A stretch of 64,000 nt of DNA from an uncultured Actinomycetota bacterium (GTDB lineage Bacteria > Actinomycetota > Acidimicrobiia > Acidimicrobiales > Palsa-688). Shown here piece after piece: positions 18,201 through 27,009 of this stretch. Made by a program: the position numbers and the translations under genes. The notes beneath the pieces are model-generated. The model worked only from the letters and a program-made list of their open reading frames with translations, made no database searches and was not told where the DNA came from. Within the stretch, counting starts at the first letter, position 1. Every line of letters begins with the position of its first letter. The stretch spans positions 9,444 through 73,443 of the forward strand of contig CAWKNP010000012.1 in assembly GCA_963851105.1 (NCBI GenBank). The letters run 5' to 3'.

Positions 18201-19015
18201 CCGGAGTACGCGACGGCCTTGTTGGCGGTAAGCGGCGGTGTGTCGGCGGTGAAGTGCGGCGCGATGGGGGCGAGGGCGGGGGCCAGCTTGAAGGCGAACG
18301 TCTTGTCCGGCAACGGGAACATTCCGGTGGATGGCTGATGGCCGAAGGTCGTGTCGAGCTGGCCGGTCGGGGTAAGGGCGGCCAGATATCCCCGGTTGTT
18401 GATGTTGGCGGTATCGGTCGTGAGAAGGCTGACCACCACGTGACCGTCATTTCGCACTGCGATGGAACCCTGCGACGCCGTCACGGTCACGGGCTGCAAC
18501 CGAACGCTTGCGTCACCGTTGGTGCCGAAGGCGGAGTCCACGCCACCGTCCGCGGTGACCCGGGTGACGATGAAGAACGTGCCCGAGGGGTCGAGGCCGA
18601 AGGCGTAGATGCGCCCCGTGGGATCGATGGCGAGGCGGGAGTAGTTGAAGCTGGGGTTGAGGACGAACGTGCCGCTGGCACCGAAACCCGCGTCGGGCAG
18701 CCCGGTGGTCAGGAGTCGGGTGATTCTGCCTCCACCGCCGCTGGCGTTGGAAGCAGCGAGAACCAGGGCCCGGCCGACGTCGTCGACGATGGTGGTCCCG
18801 AACACCGCCCCGGGGACCACCGTGACCCCTCCGGTCCCGTAGGTCGTGTCGACCCAACCGGGGGTGGTGGCTGACGCCGGTGCGACCCCGGCGCTCAACA
18901 TCACGGTAAGCATGGCGCTGCACACGACCACGCACTTGAACAAATGACGTTTGATCACATCGACTCCCCTCGGGCGGTACCAGCTGGCCGCAGCCCACCC
19001 ACAAATGCGACGCAC
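15284..19015 (-). CDS. large cell-surface repeat protein: signal peptide, FG-GxG 'delta-60-like' repeats, five putative-Ig (He_PIG-like) domains, C-terminal 6-7-blade beta-propeller-like repeats
   Basis: Five roughly 100-aa repeats of the form 'AYSYTF.ASG.PAPTF.V.SG.LP.GL.LN..TG.LSGTP'. 'FGTGG'/'FGTNG' repeats. About 55-aa repeats 'hVY....NG.LVEY......W..YD.T'. Hydrophobic N-terminus. The true start may be the GTG a few codons upstream. Confidence 0.8.
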   Translation of the reverse strand: MRRICGWAAASWYRPRGVDVIKRHLFKCVVVCSAMLTVMLSAGVAPASATTPGWVDTTYGTGGVTVVPGAVFGTTIVDDVGRALVLAASNASGGGGRITRLLTTGLPDAGFGASGTFVLNPSFNYSRLAIDPTGRIYAFGLDPSGTFFIVTRVTADGGVDSAFGTNGDASVRLQPVTVTASQGSIAVRNDGHVVVSLLTTDTANINNRGYLAALTPTGQLDTTFGHQPSTGMFPLPDKTFAFKLAPALAPIAPHFTADTPPLTANKAVAYSGYTFTASGRPAPRFYVHTGALPPGLTLNVVTGVLSGTPTATGNYTFTVVAANGAAPNAVSPSITIHVAPTPTSPVFTAAIPTTPAPKGAAYSYTFKASGIPAPTFSVASGSLPTGLTLNGTTGVLSGTPTVSGAFTFTVKATNGVSPDATTSALTINVTAPPVFTAQAPPNTGSINVAYSYTFQASGFPAPTFSVVSGTLPTGLALNGTTGVLSGTPTAVGQFQFQVQADNGIAPPAITPTETITVTNGPVAPHFTADSPPTTATVGVAYSYQFAASGNPAPTFIVAGQLPTGLSLNSTTGLLSGTPTAAHSFSFRVIASNGVGSPATSPLITITVARAPATAATPAAAAAAPSAPAPDAAATSADAGAAINHSNDVVALVADDTAATRTWVLRRYISTGTPDTSFGTGGSTAAFPAADNPTFVVEAQDGSYYVTGNSGQSVFIGHVLATGAFDQAFGTGGFLVGPVESCKPTGGQILFSGADLYVIAIDADFAACGPSPAIVMRFHNGAPDPTFGVGGEVRIDSVGAMRVSGPNGGGLQPSGQVLVGLNGAAAPATASAAVTRVNPAASGPTIEAFTQLTDDSHFAAATVAPNPSGTTYIGPVAATVDGGNTTHVFATGANHDLFEFNQTGATMWSTPIDLTATTTGALAVISAPKAIFDGTNLNVFALGAGGDLIQYKNNGTAGAWTTTDINTVVGSGSAHVTNIDPRVVGGVVHVYGIAANGDLVEIVNDNASGHAWNIYDLTATGGGGVTIAGGPSGLIVGGVPHVYTRAASNNHLVEYVADHAHGVVWNAYDTTASAAAAPAIAGNPAPVLIGTTPHIYTVSAVNGDLVEYAADHLNGSVWNAYDQTTGADAPKPVGNISVVLIDGTPYGIGQAIPEVWETTTAGELTTIVADHRLSHIWNVYDVTALSGGTQVTGDPTPIVNGTTVQVFDLGKASTTTGSAVSAAKAAPAAAPAPTTFASTWLGAR

Positions 19016-19182
19016 GACGGCAACTCACGCCGGGGTGGAACGGTGGCACCGTAGCATCGGTTAGTCGAAAATTCGCCGCAAGGAACGCAACTATGTCCAA
19101 TCGGACCACGAGAACCACCTGAAGTTGCCTGAGGTCGGTGGCTTCCCGGCGGCGGTTGACGAGCCCCGCGGAGGTGGACGAC

Positions 19183-20124
19183 CTAGGTGCCGGGGACCGT
19201 TGTGCCGGGGACGGTCACGAACGTCGGGGTAGTCGTCGGCGGCGGCGGGTTGGTCGATTTAGTCGTCGTGGGCGGCGGGGCCGCAGTGGTCGCCGGTGTC
19301 GTTGCCGGGGTGCTCGGCGGGGGAGGCGGAGGCGGATTCGTCGGCCGGGTGATGGGCCGAGTCGTCCCTCCGGTGGTCCCACCGGTGTTGCCGGCATTGT
19401 TCGTGGTGCCCGCGGGCGTCTGGGTGACCCCCCCGGCGGCACCCGTGGTCACCGCGGCCGCCACGGTGGTCGCGGTCGGAGTACCGGGAACCGTTGCGGC
19501 TGTCGTGTCGGTGGTTGCCGGTTGGGTCGTCACCACACCGAAGGGGCCGCTCACCACGGTCGTGGCCGTGCTCGGCGTCGACAAGGCGACGCTGGGGCTG
19601 CCCTTGTGGGAGCCCCCGCTGCGGCTGATGAATCCGATGACCCCCAACACCACCACGACACCGACAGCCGCCGCGATCATTCCCCGATGGCTGCGCCCGC
19701 CGCCCTGCGGTCGGGCGAAGTGCCGCGGCGCCGATTCCCCGCCGAAGAGTGCGGCGTCGCCGCCGACCATCGTGGGGGCCGCAGCGGCCGTGCCCGCGTC
19801 GGAGGCGGTCGCTCCCGCGGCGGCCCAGGCTGGAGCCGCCGGCCGGGACAGGAATGGCACCGGCCTGGTCTCGTCGTTGCGTTCCTCGATCGCAGCAGTG
19901 GCGGCCGCGGCGACGGCGGCCGCCAGCTCGGGTGACACGTCGCCACCGTCGCGGCGGCGCACATGCTTCTTCACTTCCGTCACCCGCGGATCACCGCCCG
20001 CGACTGCTCCGGTACCGGTCGCCTCGGGCTCGTCGGGGGCGCCTAGGTCGTAGCGATCCTCGAAATCCCACAGCCAGTCCCCGGTTACGTCGTCGCGGGT
20101 GCTGACAGTGTCCTCTGAATCCAT
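19183..20124 (-). CDS. Thr/Pro-rich single-pass membrane protein (hypothetical)
   Basis: Acidic N-terminal domain 'MDSEDTVSTRDDVTGDWLWDFEDRYD', one transmembrane segment 'MIAAAVGVVVVLGVIGFI', then a long T/P/G-rich tail. Start chosen at M51 of the track ORF. Confidence 0.45.
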   Translation of the reverse strand: MDSEDTVSTRDDVTGDWLWDFEDRYDLGAPDEPEATGTGAVAGGDPRVTEVKKHVRRRDGGDVSPELAAAVAAAATAAIEERNDETRPVPFLSRPAAPAWAAAGATASDAGTAAAAPTMVGGDAALFGGESAPRHFARPQGGGRSHRGMIAAAVGVVVVLGVIGFISRSGGSHKGSPSVALSTPSTATTVVSGPFGVVTTQPATTDTTAATVPGTPTATTVAAAVTTGAAGGVTQTPAGTTNNAGNTGGTTGGTTRPITRPTNPPPPPPPSTPATTPATTAAPPPTTTKSTNPPPPTTTPTFVTVPGTTVPGT

Positions 20125-20192
20125 TGGCCCCAGTCTAGGGGTGTTCCGGGTGTCCCTTTGGTGTCGCGGTCGCCTTTCGGTCGTTCCAGAGG

Positions 20193-20241
20193 CCAAAGTG
20201 CTGTGAAACGACGTAATACCATCGTTTCCCAGCACTTTGGG
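20193..20241. repeat. 49-bp imperfect palindrome (about 19-bp arms, loop TAATACC), copy 1
   Basis: CCAAAGTGCTGTGAAACGACG-TAATACC-ATCGTTTCCCAGCACTTTGGG. Near-identical copy at 40987-41036. Confidence 0.8.
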
Positions 20242-20343
20242 TCGGCGCCCCGGGCGCAAGCACCACGGCACCACGGCACCACGAGAATTATCGCGCCTAG
20301 AGATCCCCCATTCCTGGGAATCGCGCCCCTAGGGTTGGGCCGA

Positions 20344-21135
20344 GTGGCACCCGTCGAGCACCACGCCGCCAATACCCGGCGTGCGTACCGGTCGGACTTT
20401 GCCCATTTCACCAGGTGGTGCCGGACGGCCGGCATACCGCCGCTGCCGGCGACACCCGAAGCGGTCTACCTCTATTTGATGGACCTGGTGGCCGACAACA
20501 ACTCGGCCGGGTACGCCGTCGCCACCGTCGAGCGCCGGTTGGCCGCCATCACCGCCGTGCATCGGGGCGACGGGAACCCGCCAACCCCGGCCCAGCATCC
20601 GCAGGTTCGTCAGCTGATGGCCGCCATACGGCGAACCTACGGCCGGCCGCCCAACGCCCGCGACCCGCTCACCGGCGACCAGCTGGCCGTCATCATCGAC
20701 CACTTGAACCTGGCGACCTGGTCGGGACTGCGCGACCGGGCCCTGCTGCTGTTCGGCTTCGCCAGCGCGCTGCGACGCACCGAACTGGCCGCCCTCACCA
20801 TTGAGCAACTGGCCCCCCACGACGGCGGCTACCTCGTCACGTCACGGCCGGCGAAGCCGGCAATACATGTTCAGGCGCGACCAGGTTCCCCGCTGTGTCC
20901 CGTCGCCGCGGTCGACGGTTGGCTGGCCGCGGCCGGGATCGCCTCGGGCCCGGTGTTCCGGAAGGTCACCCGCTACCAGACCGTCGTCGCCCCCGCGCTG
21001 GCGCCCGCGGCCGTGGCCCTGATCGTCAAACGAGCTGCGCAGGCGGCCGACCTGCCAGCCGACCGGCTGGCCGCTCATTCGCTGCGCGCCGGGCGAGCCC
21101 CGGTCACCCCGGCGCGGGTGGGCAGCCGGCCATGA
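20344..21135 (+). pseudogene. tyrosine recombinase/integrase, C-terminally truncated (no catalytic Tyr region)
   Basis: N-terminal core-binding domain 'NTRRAYRSDFAHFTRWC'. Catalytic R ('ALRRTELAAL') and 'HSLRAG' (HxxR) are present. The ORF stops 18 aa later without the LGH...Y segment. Start codon uncertain. Confidence 0.6.
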
Positions 21136-22643
21136 CGCCCGACGCTCCCGGGCTCCGGCGCCGGCGGCCCACCGCGACCTCGGCCTACGGCGTCTCCCGC
21201 CGCGAAAGCCACGACGCCTCGGCCTTCTACGCCCGATTCGGCACCCCTGATGTCTCCGCCGACGACCTGGTCAACGCGCCCAAGGCCGTCGACGAGATCT
21301 GGGTCGGCGACGCCCGGGCCATGGACACCTGCGGCGACGTCGCCGACGCCTCGGTCGCGCTCGTCGTCACGTCACCGCCGTATTTCGCGGGCAAGGAGTA
21401 CGAGCAGGCCCTCGGAAACGGACACATCCCTGCCACCTACCAGGAGTACCTGATCGCGCTCGAGGACGTCTTCGCGGAGTGCGTCCGCAAGCTCGAGCCC
21501 GGCGGTCGCATCGCCGTCAACGTGGCCAATCTCGGCCGCAAGCCCTACCGCTCCCTCTCGGGCGATGTCACCACCATCCTCCAGGATCGCCTCGGCCTGC
21601 TGCTCCGCGGCGAGATCGTCTGGTGGAAGGCCCACGCGGCCGGCGGGTCCTGCGCCTGGGGCACCTACCAACGGCCGGGCAACCCGGTGCTGCGCGATCT
21701 GACCGAGCGGGTGGTGGTGGCGTCGAAGGGACGTTTCGACCGGGCGATCAGTGCGGCCGACCGGGCCCGCCAGGCACTGCCGTGCGCCGGCTCGATTTCC
21801 ATGGACGAGTTTGTCGACGCCACCACCGATATGTGGGACATCCCGGCCGAGTCGGCCACCCGCGTCGGCCACCCCGCGCCCTTTCCCGTCGAGCTTCCCC
21901 GCCGCCTGATCGAGCTCTACACCTATCGCGGCGATCTGGTGCTCGACCCGTTCATGGGATCAGGGTCGACCGCGGTCGCCGCCGTCCGCACCGGGCGGGC
22001 CTACGTGGGCTTCGACACCGACGCCGGGTACGTCGCCCGGGCGAGGGCCCGCGTCGCCGCCGAAAGAGCCGAAGAACAAGGCGGGCGGACCGCGCCGGGC
22101 GCTCGCCACATCGTGGTGCCCGCGGTGCAGAAGCGGGCGGGAAAAGGGGCGGGACAGTCCGCCGATCCTGACCGCATAACCACCGCCTTCCGCCAGGGCC
22201 GAAAGGCACGTGAGGTGGCCCGGCTCGTGCTCGAGGTCGCCGGCTTCGCGGGCATCGAGGAGAACGTAAGCCTTCGCGATCTCGGGCTGGAACTGGCGTT
22301 TCGCGCCCGCGACGGCAACGGCGAACGGTGGCTGTTTGACCTGGCCGGCGCCTTTTCGGTCACCCGCCCCGGGCTGCGGCGGGCCGACAACATCTGGCGC
22401 GTTCTCGGGAAGGCGGCGGTCCTGCAGGCCGCGGCGGGGCGCCCCGCCGGCGCGCCGCGTCGCCTTGGCCCGCTGGTGGTGCTCACGACCGACGCTCCGA
22501 TCGCAAGTACCCCGGCCGGCCGGGCCCTGGCCGTCGCGGTGGACAGATCTGCGGGCCCGATCCACGACGTCATCGAGCTCACCGATCCCGTCGCACTGGC
22601 CCGGCTAAGCAGTTACGCGGCATCGGCTCCCCCGGCGCCGTGA
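21132..22643 (+). CDS. beta-class DNA methyltransferase (N6_N4 Mtase family; SPPY then FxGxG) with ~200-aa C-terminal extension, orphan
   Basis: 'VVTSPPYFAGKEY' motif IV precedes 'LDPFMGSGST' motif I. ATG overlaps the stop of the truncated integrase (CCATGA). No cognate nuclease adjacent. Confidence 0.85.
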   Translation: MTPDAPGLRRRRPTATSAYGVSRRESHDASAFYARFGTPDVSADDLVNAPKAVDEIWVGDARAMDTCGDVADASVALVVTSPPYFAGKEYEQALGNGHIPATYQEYLIALEDVFAECVRKLEPGGRIAVNVANLGRKPYRSLSGDVTTILQDRLGLLLRGEIVWWKAHAAGGSCAWGTYQRPGNPVLRDLTERVVVASKGRFDRAISAADRARQALPCAGSISMDEFVDATTDMWDIPAESATRVGHPAPFPVELPRRLIELYTYRGDLVLDPFMGSGSTAVAAVRTGRAYVGFDTDAGYVARARARVAAERAEEQGGRTAPGARHIVVPAVQKRAGKGAGQSADPDRITTAFRQGRKAREVARLVLEVAGFAGIEENVSLRDLGLELAFRARDGNGERWLFDLAGAFSVTRPGLRRADNIWRVLGKAAVLQAAAGRPAGAPRRLGPLVVLTTDAPIASTPAGRALAVAVDRSAGPIHDVIELTDPVALARLSSYAASAPPAP

Positions 22644-22714
22644 TCGCGCCGGCCGCCCTCGGGAACCGACGGGCCAACCGGTAACATCGCTCTAACCGGG
22701 GCCATCGAAGTGGT

Positions 22715-22757
22715 CAGCAGCAGAGCTGCGTGGTTGGTTCGAGTCCAGCCGGTCCCA
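22715..22757 (+). other. tRNA-like 3' fragment (T-arm GTTGG-TTCGAGT-CCAGC + acceptor strand CGGTCCC + A)
   Basis: GGTTCGAGTCC T-loop signature with a pairing stem. The upstream sequence cannot be folded into D and anticodon arms of normal length. Confidence 0.35.
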
Positions 22758-22899
22758 CGTGCAAGCTTTTCGACGAGCGCTGCTGGCCCTCGCCGCCACC
22801 GCGCTGGTGGCGGTGATCGTTCGCCTGCGAGGTAGCGGGGGGACGCCGCCGCAGACCGGCGGTTGGCGGGAGCTTTCAGGCCCGGACCTTCGCTGACCG

Positions 22900-24003
22900 A
22901 TGCGCGCTGTCCTGCTGGGTATGGGAGCTGTCGGCATTCGGGCGGCCCGGCAACTGGTCGCGACCGAAGGCCTTGACCGCCTCGTCCTCGTCTACGACGA
23001 CCGGACCAAGCTGGCCGAGATCGCCGATGCGCTGAACAGCCCGACCCGGGTGGAGACGGTGTTCGCGTCCCGAGGTGGATTTCCGGCCGAGGTACTCGAT
23101 GACGCCGATGTGGTCGTCCTGACGACGCCGACCGGTCACCGGGCGGTCGCCGAGCTGGCGCTGGAGCGGGGTGTCCACGTGGTCTCGGTCTGCGACGCCA
23201 TCGAGTCGGTGCGGGGGCTCCTCGCGCTCGACGCCGAGGCTCGGGAACGAGCGGTCTCGGTAGTGGTGGGCGCCGCCTTCTCACCGGGGCTCAGTTGTGT
23301 GCTGGCGCGCCACGCCGCCTCCTCTTTCGACAGCATCGAGGAAATCCACGTGGCCAGCATCGGCACCGGTGGCCCCGACTGCGCCCGCCGCCACCACGCC
23401 GCCCGCTCGGAGACGGCGGTCGACTGGCGAGACGGCGCCTGGCGCCGCCGGCCGGGCGGTTCGGGGCGCGAGCTGTGCTGGTTCCCCGACCCCATAGGCG
23501 GCGCCGACTGCTACCGGGCCGCCAAGCCCGACGCCCTCCTCCTCGTACCGGCATTTCCCGGGGTCAAACGGGTGACCGCCCGCATGGCCGCCACCCGACG
23601 CGACCGTCTCACTGCGTGGCTGCCCATGCTGCGCCCCCCCCACCCCGAGGGGATGCTCGGAGCAGTGCGGGTGGAGTTGCGGGGGATGCGGGGCTCGGCG
23701 CGCGACGCCGAGGTCTACGGCGCCCTTGACCGGCCCGCGGTCGCGGCGGGCACCGTGGCCGCGGTCGCCGCCGTCTGGACTGCCGACGGCCGCCTGTCCC
23801 GGCCGGGCGCCGGCGGGTTGGCCGAGTTGATCGACGAACCGGTGCCGTTCCTGCAGGAGTTGGCCCGCCGGGGTGTGAGGGCGGCGGTGTTCGAGGGCCA
23901 GCACGGCGACGGCCAGGCGATCACCGGGTGGAAGGCGAACGGCCACGCCAGTGCGTCCGTGGGTGCGGTGCCGCTCGGCTCCCTGCCCCCCGGGCCGGGA
24001 TAG
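22900..24003 (+). CDS. saccharopine-dehydrogenase-like NAD(P)-binding protein
   Basis: N-terminal 'VLLGMGAVGIRAARQL' Rossmann GxGxxG followed by 'VVVLTTP' and 'VHVVSVCD' strands. Confidence 0.5.
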   Translation: MRAVLLGMGAVGIRAARQLVATEGLDRLVLVYDDRTKLAEIADALNSPTRVETVFASRGGFPAEVLDDADVVVLTTPTGHRAVAELALERGVHVVSVCDAIESVRGLLALDAEARERAVSVVVGAAFSPGLSCVLARHAASSFDSIEEIHVASIGTGGPDCARRHHAARSETAVDWRDGAWRRRPGGSGRELCWFPDPIGGADCYRAAKPDALLLVPAFPGVKRVTARMAATRRDRLTAWLPMLRPPHPEGMLGAVRVELRGMRGSARDAEVYGALDRPAVAAGTVAAVAAVWTADGRLSRPGAGGLAELIDEPVPFLQELARRGVRAAVFEGQHGDGQAITGWKANGHASASVGAVPLGSLPPGPG

Positions 24004-24016
24004 GGCCGAAGCTCAC

Positions 24017-26092
24017 GTGGCCGACGACGGCGGCCAGAGCGACATCGGAGTCCCGGGCCACACCGAGGCCGCCGCGGGCGCACCAGGGCGCCCGCGACGT
24101 GACCTGCGGGCGCCCGAGGCCCGAGGAGCCGCTCAAGGGTCCGCCGCGGCGGCGTCGCCGCCAAGGCGCCGGCGAGGGGCGGGGAGCCACGCCGCCCCTG
24201 GCGGTCGGGCCGGGCTGTTCCGTTCGCCGCTCGTTCTTGTCGGCATCGCCGTGGTCGCCGTCGTGGCCGCGACACTGGCGGTAGTCACCCTTACCAAAGG
24301 GTCCCCGCCGGCGGCTACCCCGGTAGTGACGTCGTACCTCAACGCCTGGAGCCGGCGGGACTTTGCTGCCATGGCTGCCATGGTGGAGCACCCGCCACCG
24401 GACTTCGCGGCCATGCACCAAGGGGTCGTCGACGACCTGGCGGTGACCAGTTGGCAGTACCAGTTGGGTTCGGTCAAGTCCCACGGCAGCACCGCCGACG
24501 CCAATTTCACCGCCCATGTCGTGTTGGCGGGTCTCGGACCGTGGGATTACCCGGGGTCGGTCCATCTGGCCCGGGTGTTCGGCCACTGGCTGGTTGAGTG
24601 GACGCCGGCGACGATCATCCCCGCACTGGTGCCGGGCGCCCACTTGAGCCTCCAACGCACCTGGTCACCCCGTGCCCCCATCCTGGGCGCCGGCGCCACG
24701 GTTCTGGCGGGACCGGCCGACGTGGTCACCGTGGGCCTCCAGGGCAACGCCATTTCCAGCCCGAGCGAGATGACCAGCGCCCTGACGCAAGCCGGCTTCT
24801 CGTCCACCGCCATCGCAGCCGCCCTCAAAGCGGCCGCAACCCACCCGAGCCAGTTCGTTCCCGTCGGCGATCTTTCCGATGCCCACTACCAACAGGTCAA
24901 GCCCGTCATTTTCCGCGTCCCGGGCACCCGGTTCCAACGCAAGTCGGGGCAGTCAAGCGTCACCCCCGACCTGGCCGCCCACGTCGTGGGGTCCGTCGGT
25001 GCCATCACTGCGGAGCAACTGCGACAACTGGGCCCGCCTTACCAGCCGAGCGACAGCGTCGGCCAGATCGGGATCGAGGCCCAGTACGAACGGCAGCTGG
25101 CCGGGACGCCGGGAGGTTCGATCCAAGTCGTGGCGGCCGACGGATCGACGATCGCCACCGCCTTCAGCACTGCCGCCAAGGCGGGAGCGCCGGTGCAGAC
25201 GAGCATTGACCTCCACGTCGAGCAGGCCGCCGAGTCGGCGCTCAACGGGGTCAAGCAGCCCGTCGCATTGGTCGCGATCCGGGCGTCGACCGGTGAAGTC
25301 CTGGCCGCGGTCAGCCGTCCGAACAACACCTCGTTCGACCGGGCGCTCAACGGGCAATATCCCCCCGGGTCGACCTTCAAGGTGATCACCACTGCTGCTT
25401 TGTTGGCCACCGGTCTGACGCCGGACAGTCCGACGACCTGTCCGCCGACGCTGGCCGTGCAGGGACGAACTTTCAAGAACTTCGAGGGTGAGTCCGCCCT
25501 GAACATCTCCTTGCTGCGGGCCTTCGCGATTTCGTGCAACACCGCCTTCATCAGCCTGGCCCAGAAACTGACGGGAGCCCAGTTGATCTCTACCGCCGGC
25601 CAGTTCGGCATCGGACCGGCGCCGCAGCCCGGCCTGGCTGTGTTCGGGGCGACGATCCCGCCCCCGGTGGACGACGTGGAAAAAGTGGCGAGCGCCATCG
25701 GGCAGGGCCGGGTCCTGGCCAGTCCCTTGCAGATGGCAGGCGTCGCGGCGGCGGTGGCGAGCGGCGCCTTTCATCCCCCGCGGCTGGTGGCCGGCGCTCC
25801 CGACGACACCGCCAAGGCGACCTCCCTGGCGCCTGCGGTGGTGGACGGGTTGCGCACCATGATGGCGGCGGTGGTCGCCTCGGGCAGCGGAACGGCGGCG
25901 CGCGTCGCCGGGAACCCGGCAGTCTCGGGAAAGACGGGGACGGCGGAGTTCGGAAATGCCGTCCCCCCGCTGACCCATGCTTGGTTCATCGGCTACCGGG
26001 GAGATCTGGCCTTTGCCATTGTGGTCGAGGGCGGAGGGGTTGGCGGCATGGTGGCGGCGCCCCTGGCGGCGAAGTTCCTGAAGGCGCTGTAG
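24017..26092 (+). CDS. penicillin-binding protein (transpeptidase) with N-terminal NTF2-like domain
   Basis: SxxK 'GSTFKV', SxN 'SCNTAF' and KTG 'SGKTGTAE' motifs. One transmembrane segment. GTG start chosen to avoid overlapping the upstream gene; the track ORF begins at 23951. Confidence 0.85.
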   Translation: MADDGGQSDIGVPGHTEAAAGAPGRPRRDLRAPEARGAAQGSAAAASPPRRRRGAGSHAAPGGRAGLFRSPLVLVGIAVVAVVAATLAVVTLTKGSPPAATPVVTSYLNAWSRRDFAAMAAMVEHPPPDFAAMHQGVVDDLAVTSWQYQLGSVKSHGSTADANFTAHVVLAGLGPWDYPGSVHLARVFGHWLVEWTPATIIPALVPGAHLSLQRTWSPRAPILGAGATVLAGPADVVTVGLQGNAISSPSEMTSALTQAGFSSTAIAAALKAAATHPSQFVPVGDLSDAHYQQVKPVIFRVPGTRFQRKSGQSSVTPDLAAHVVGSVGAITAEQLRQLGPPYQPSDSVGQIGIEAQYERQLAGTPGGSIQVVAADGSTIATAFSTAAKAGAPVQTSIDLHVEQAAESALNGVKQPVALVAIRASTGEVLAAVSRPNNTSFDRALNGQYPPGSTFKVITTAALLATGLTPDSPTTCPPTLAVQGRTFKNFEGESALNISLLRAFAISCNTAFISLAQKLTGAQLISTAGQFGIGPAPQPGLAVFGATIPPPVDDVEKVASAIGQGRVLASPLQMAGVAAAVASGAFHPPRLVAGAPDDTAKATSLAPAVVDGLRTMMAAVVASGSGTAARVAGNPAVSGKTGTAEFGNAVPPLTHAWFIGYRGDLAFAIVVEGGGVGGMVAAPLAAKFLKAL

Positions 26093-26100
26093 CCGGCGCA

Positions 26101-27009
26101 GTGACCACGGCTGCGGTGTACCAGGGCGATTTTCCCGACCCGTTCGTGCTCGTGGCGGGCAGCGGGTACTTCGCCTTCAGCACCAATTCCCGAGGCATCA
26201 ATGTTCCCGTCATCGCCTCCCCCGACCTTTCCTCCTGGCGCGAGCTGGGCGACGCTTTGCCCGTCCTGCCGGCGTGGGCCGAAGCGGGCAACACCTGGTC
26301 GCCCTCCGCGTTGGCCCGTGCGAGCGGTTACGCCCTGTACTACACCGTCCGCGAACCCCGCTCCGGTCGCCAGGCGATATCGGTGGCGCTCGCCGACAGA
26401 CCCGACGGCCCGTACCGCGACACCAGCGACGGTCCCCTCATCTTTCAACCTGAGCTCGGAGGTTCCATCGATCCGAGTCCCTTCGTCGATGAGGACGGCC
26501 AGGCGTACCTGCTGTGGAAGGCCGATTCCAACGCCCTCGGTCGGCCGGCGACCCTGTGGGCCCAGCCGCTGGCCGCCGACGGATCGGCCCTGGTCGGGGC
26601 GCCGACGAAGCTGCTGACCCACGACTGCCGGTGGGAACGGCCCCTCATCGAGGCTCCTGCGCTGGTACGGACCGACAACGCGTACTACCTCTTCTATTCC
26701 GGCAACTGGTGGGCCAGTGCCGACTATGCCATTGGCTACGCCGTCGCCGAGGAGATCCTCGGGCCCTACCGGAAGGTGACCACCGTGGGTCCATGGTTCG
26801 GCTCCGACGGCGAAGTGGCAGGCCCCGGGGGCCAGGAGTTCTTCCGCGACACGACCGGGGTGCTGCAGATGGTCTTTCACGGATGGCAGCCGGGAGTCGT
26901 CGGCTATCCCGAGGGGGCTCGCAGCCTGCGGATCACGCCGGTCGCTGTGGCAGAGCTGCCCCGCCCACCGGAGGCGCAAGTCATGGGTGCCGGTGGGGAA
27001 GGCGGATGA
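26101..27009 (+). CDS. glycoside hydrolase family 43 protein (cytoplasmic)
   Basis: 'GDFPDPFVLVAG', 'DPSPFVDEDGQAYLLW' and 'YYLFYSG' blade motifs typical of GH43. GTG start directly after the PBP stop. No signal peptide. Confidence 0.75.
   Translation: MTTAAVYQGDFPDPFVLVAGSGYFAFSTNSRGINVPVIASPDLSSWRELGDALPVLPAWAEAGNTWSPSALARASGYALYYTVREPRSGRQAISVALADRPDGPYRDTSDGPLIFQPELGGSIDPSPFVDEDGQAYLLWKADSNALGRPATLWAQPLAADGSALVGAPTKLLTHDCRWERPLIEAPALVRTDNAYYLFYSGNWWASADYAIGYAVAEEILGPYRKVTTVGPWFGSDGEVAGPGGQEFFRDTTGVLQMVFHGWQPGVVGYPEGARSLRITPVAVAELPRPPEAQVMGAGGEGG

Noticed and set aside
22640-22760. Possibility of a complete tRNA, tRNA-Sec or tmRNA 3' end at 22.7 kb
   Set aside because: No D-arm or anticodon arm of acceptable geometry could be built from the upstream sequence. 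A tmRNA 5' partner would fall inside the methyltransferase coding sequence.
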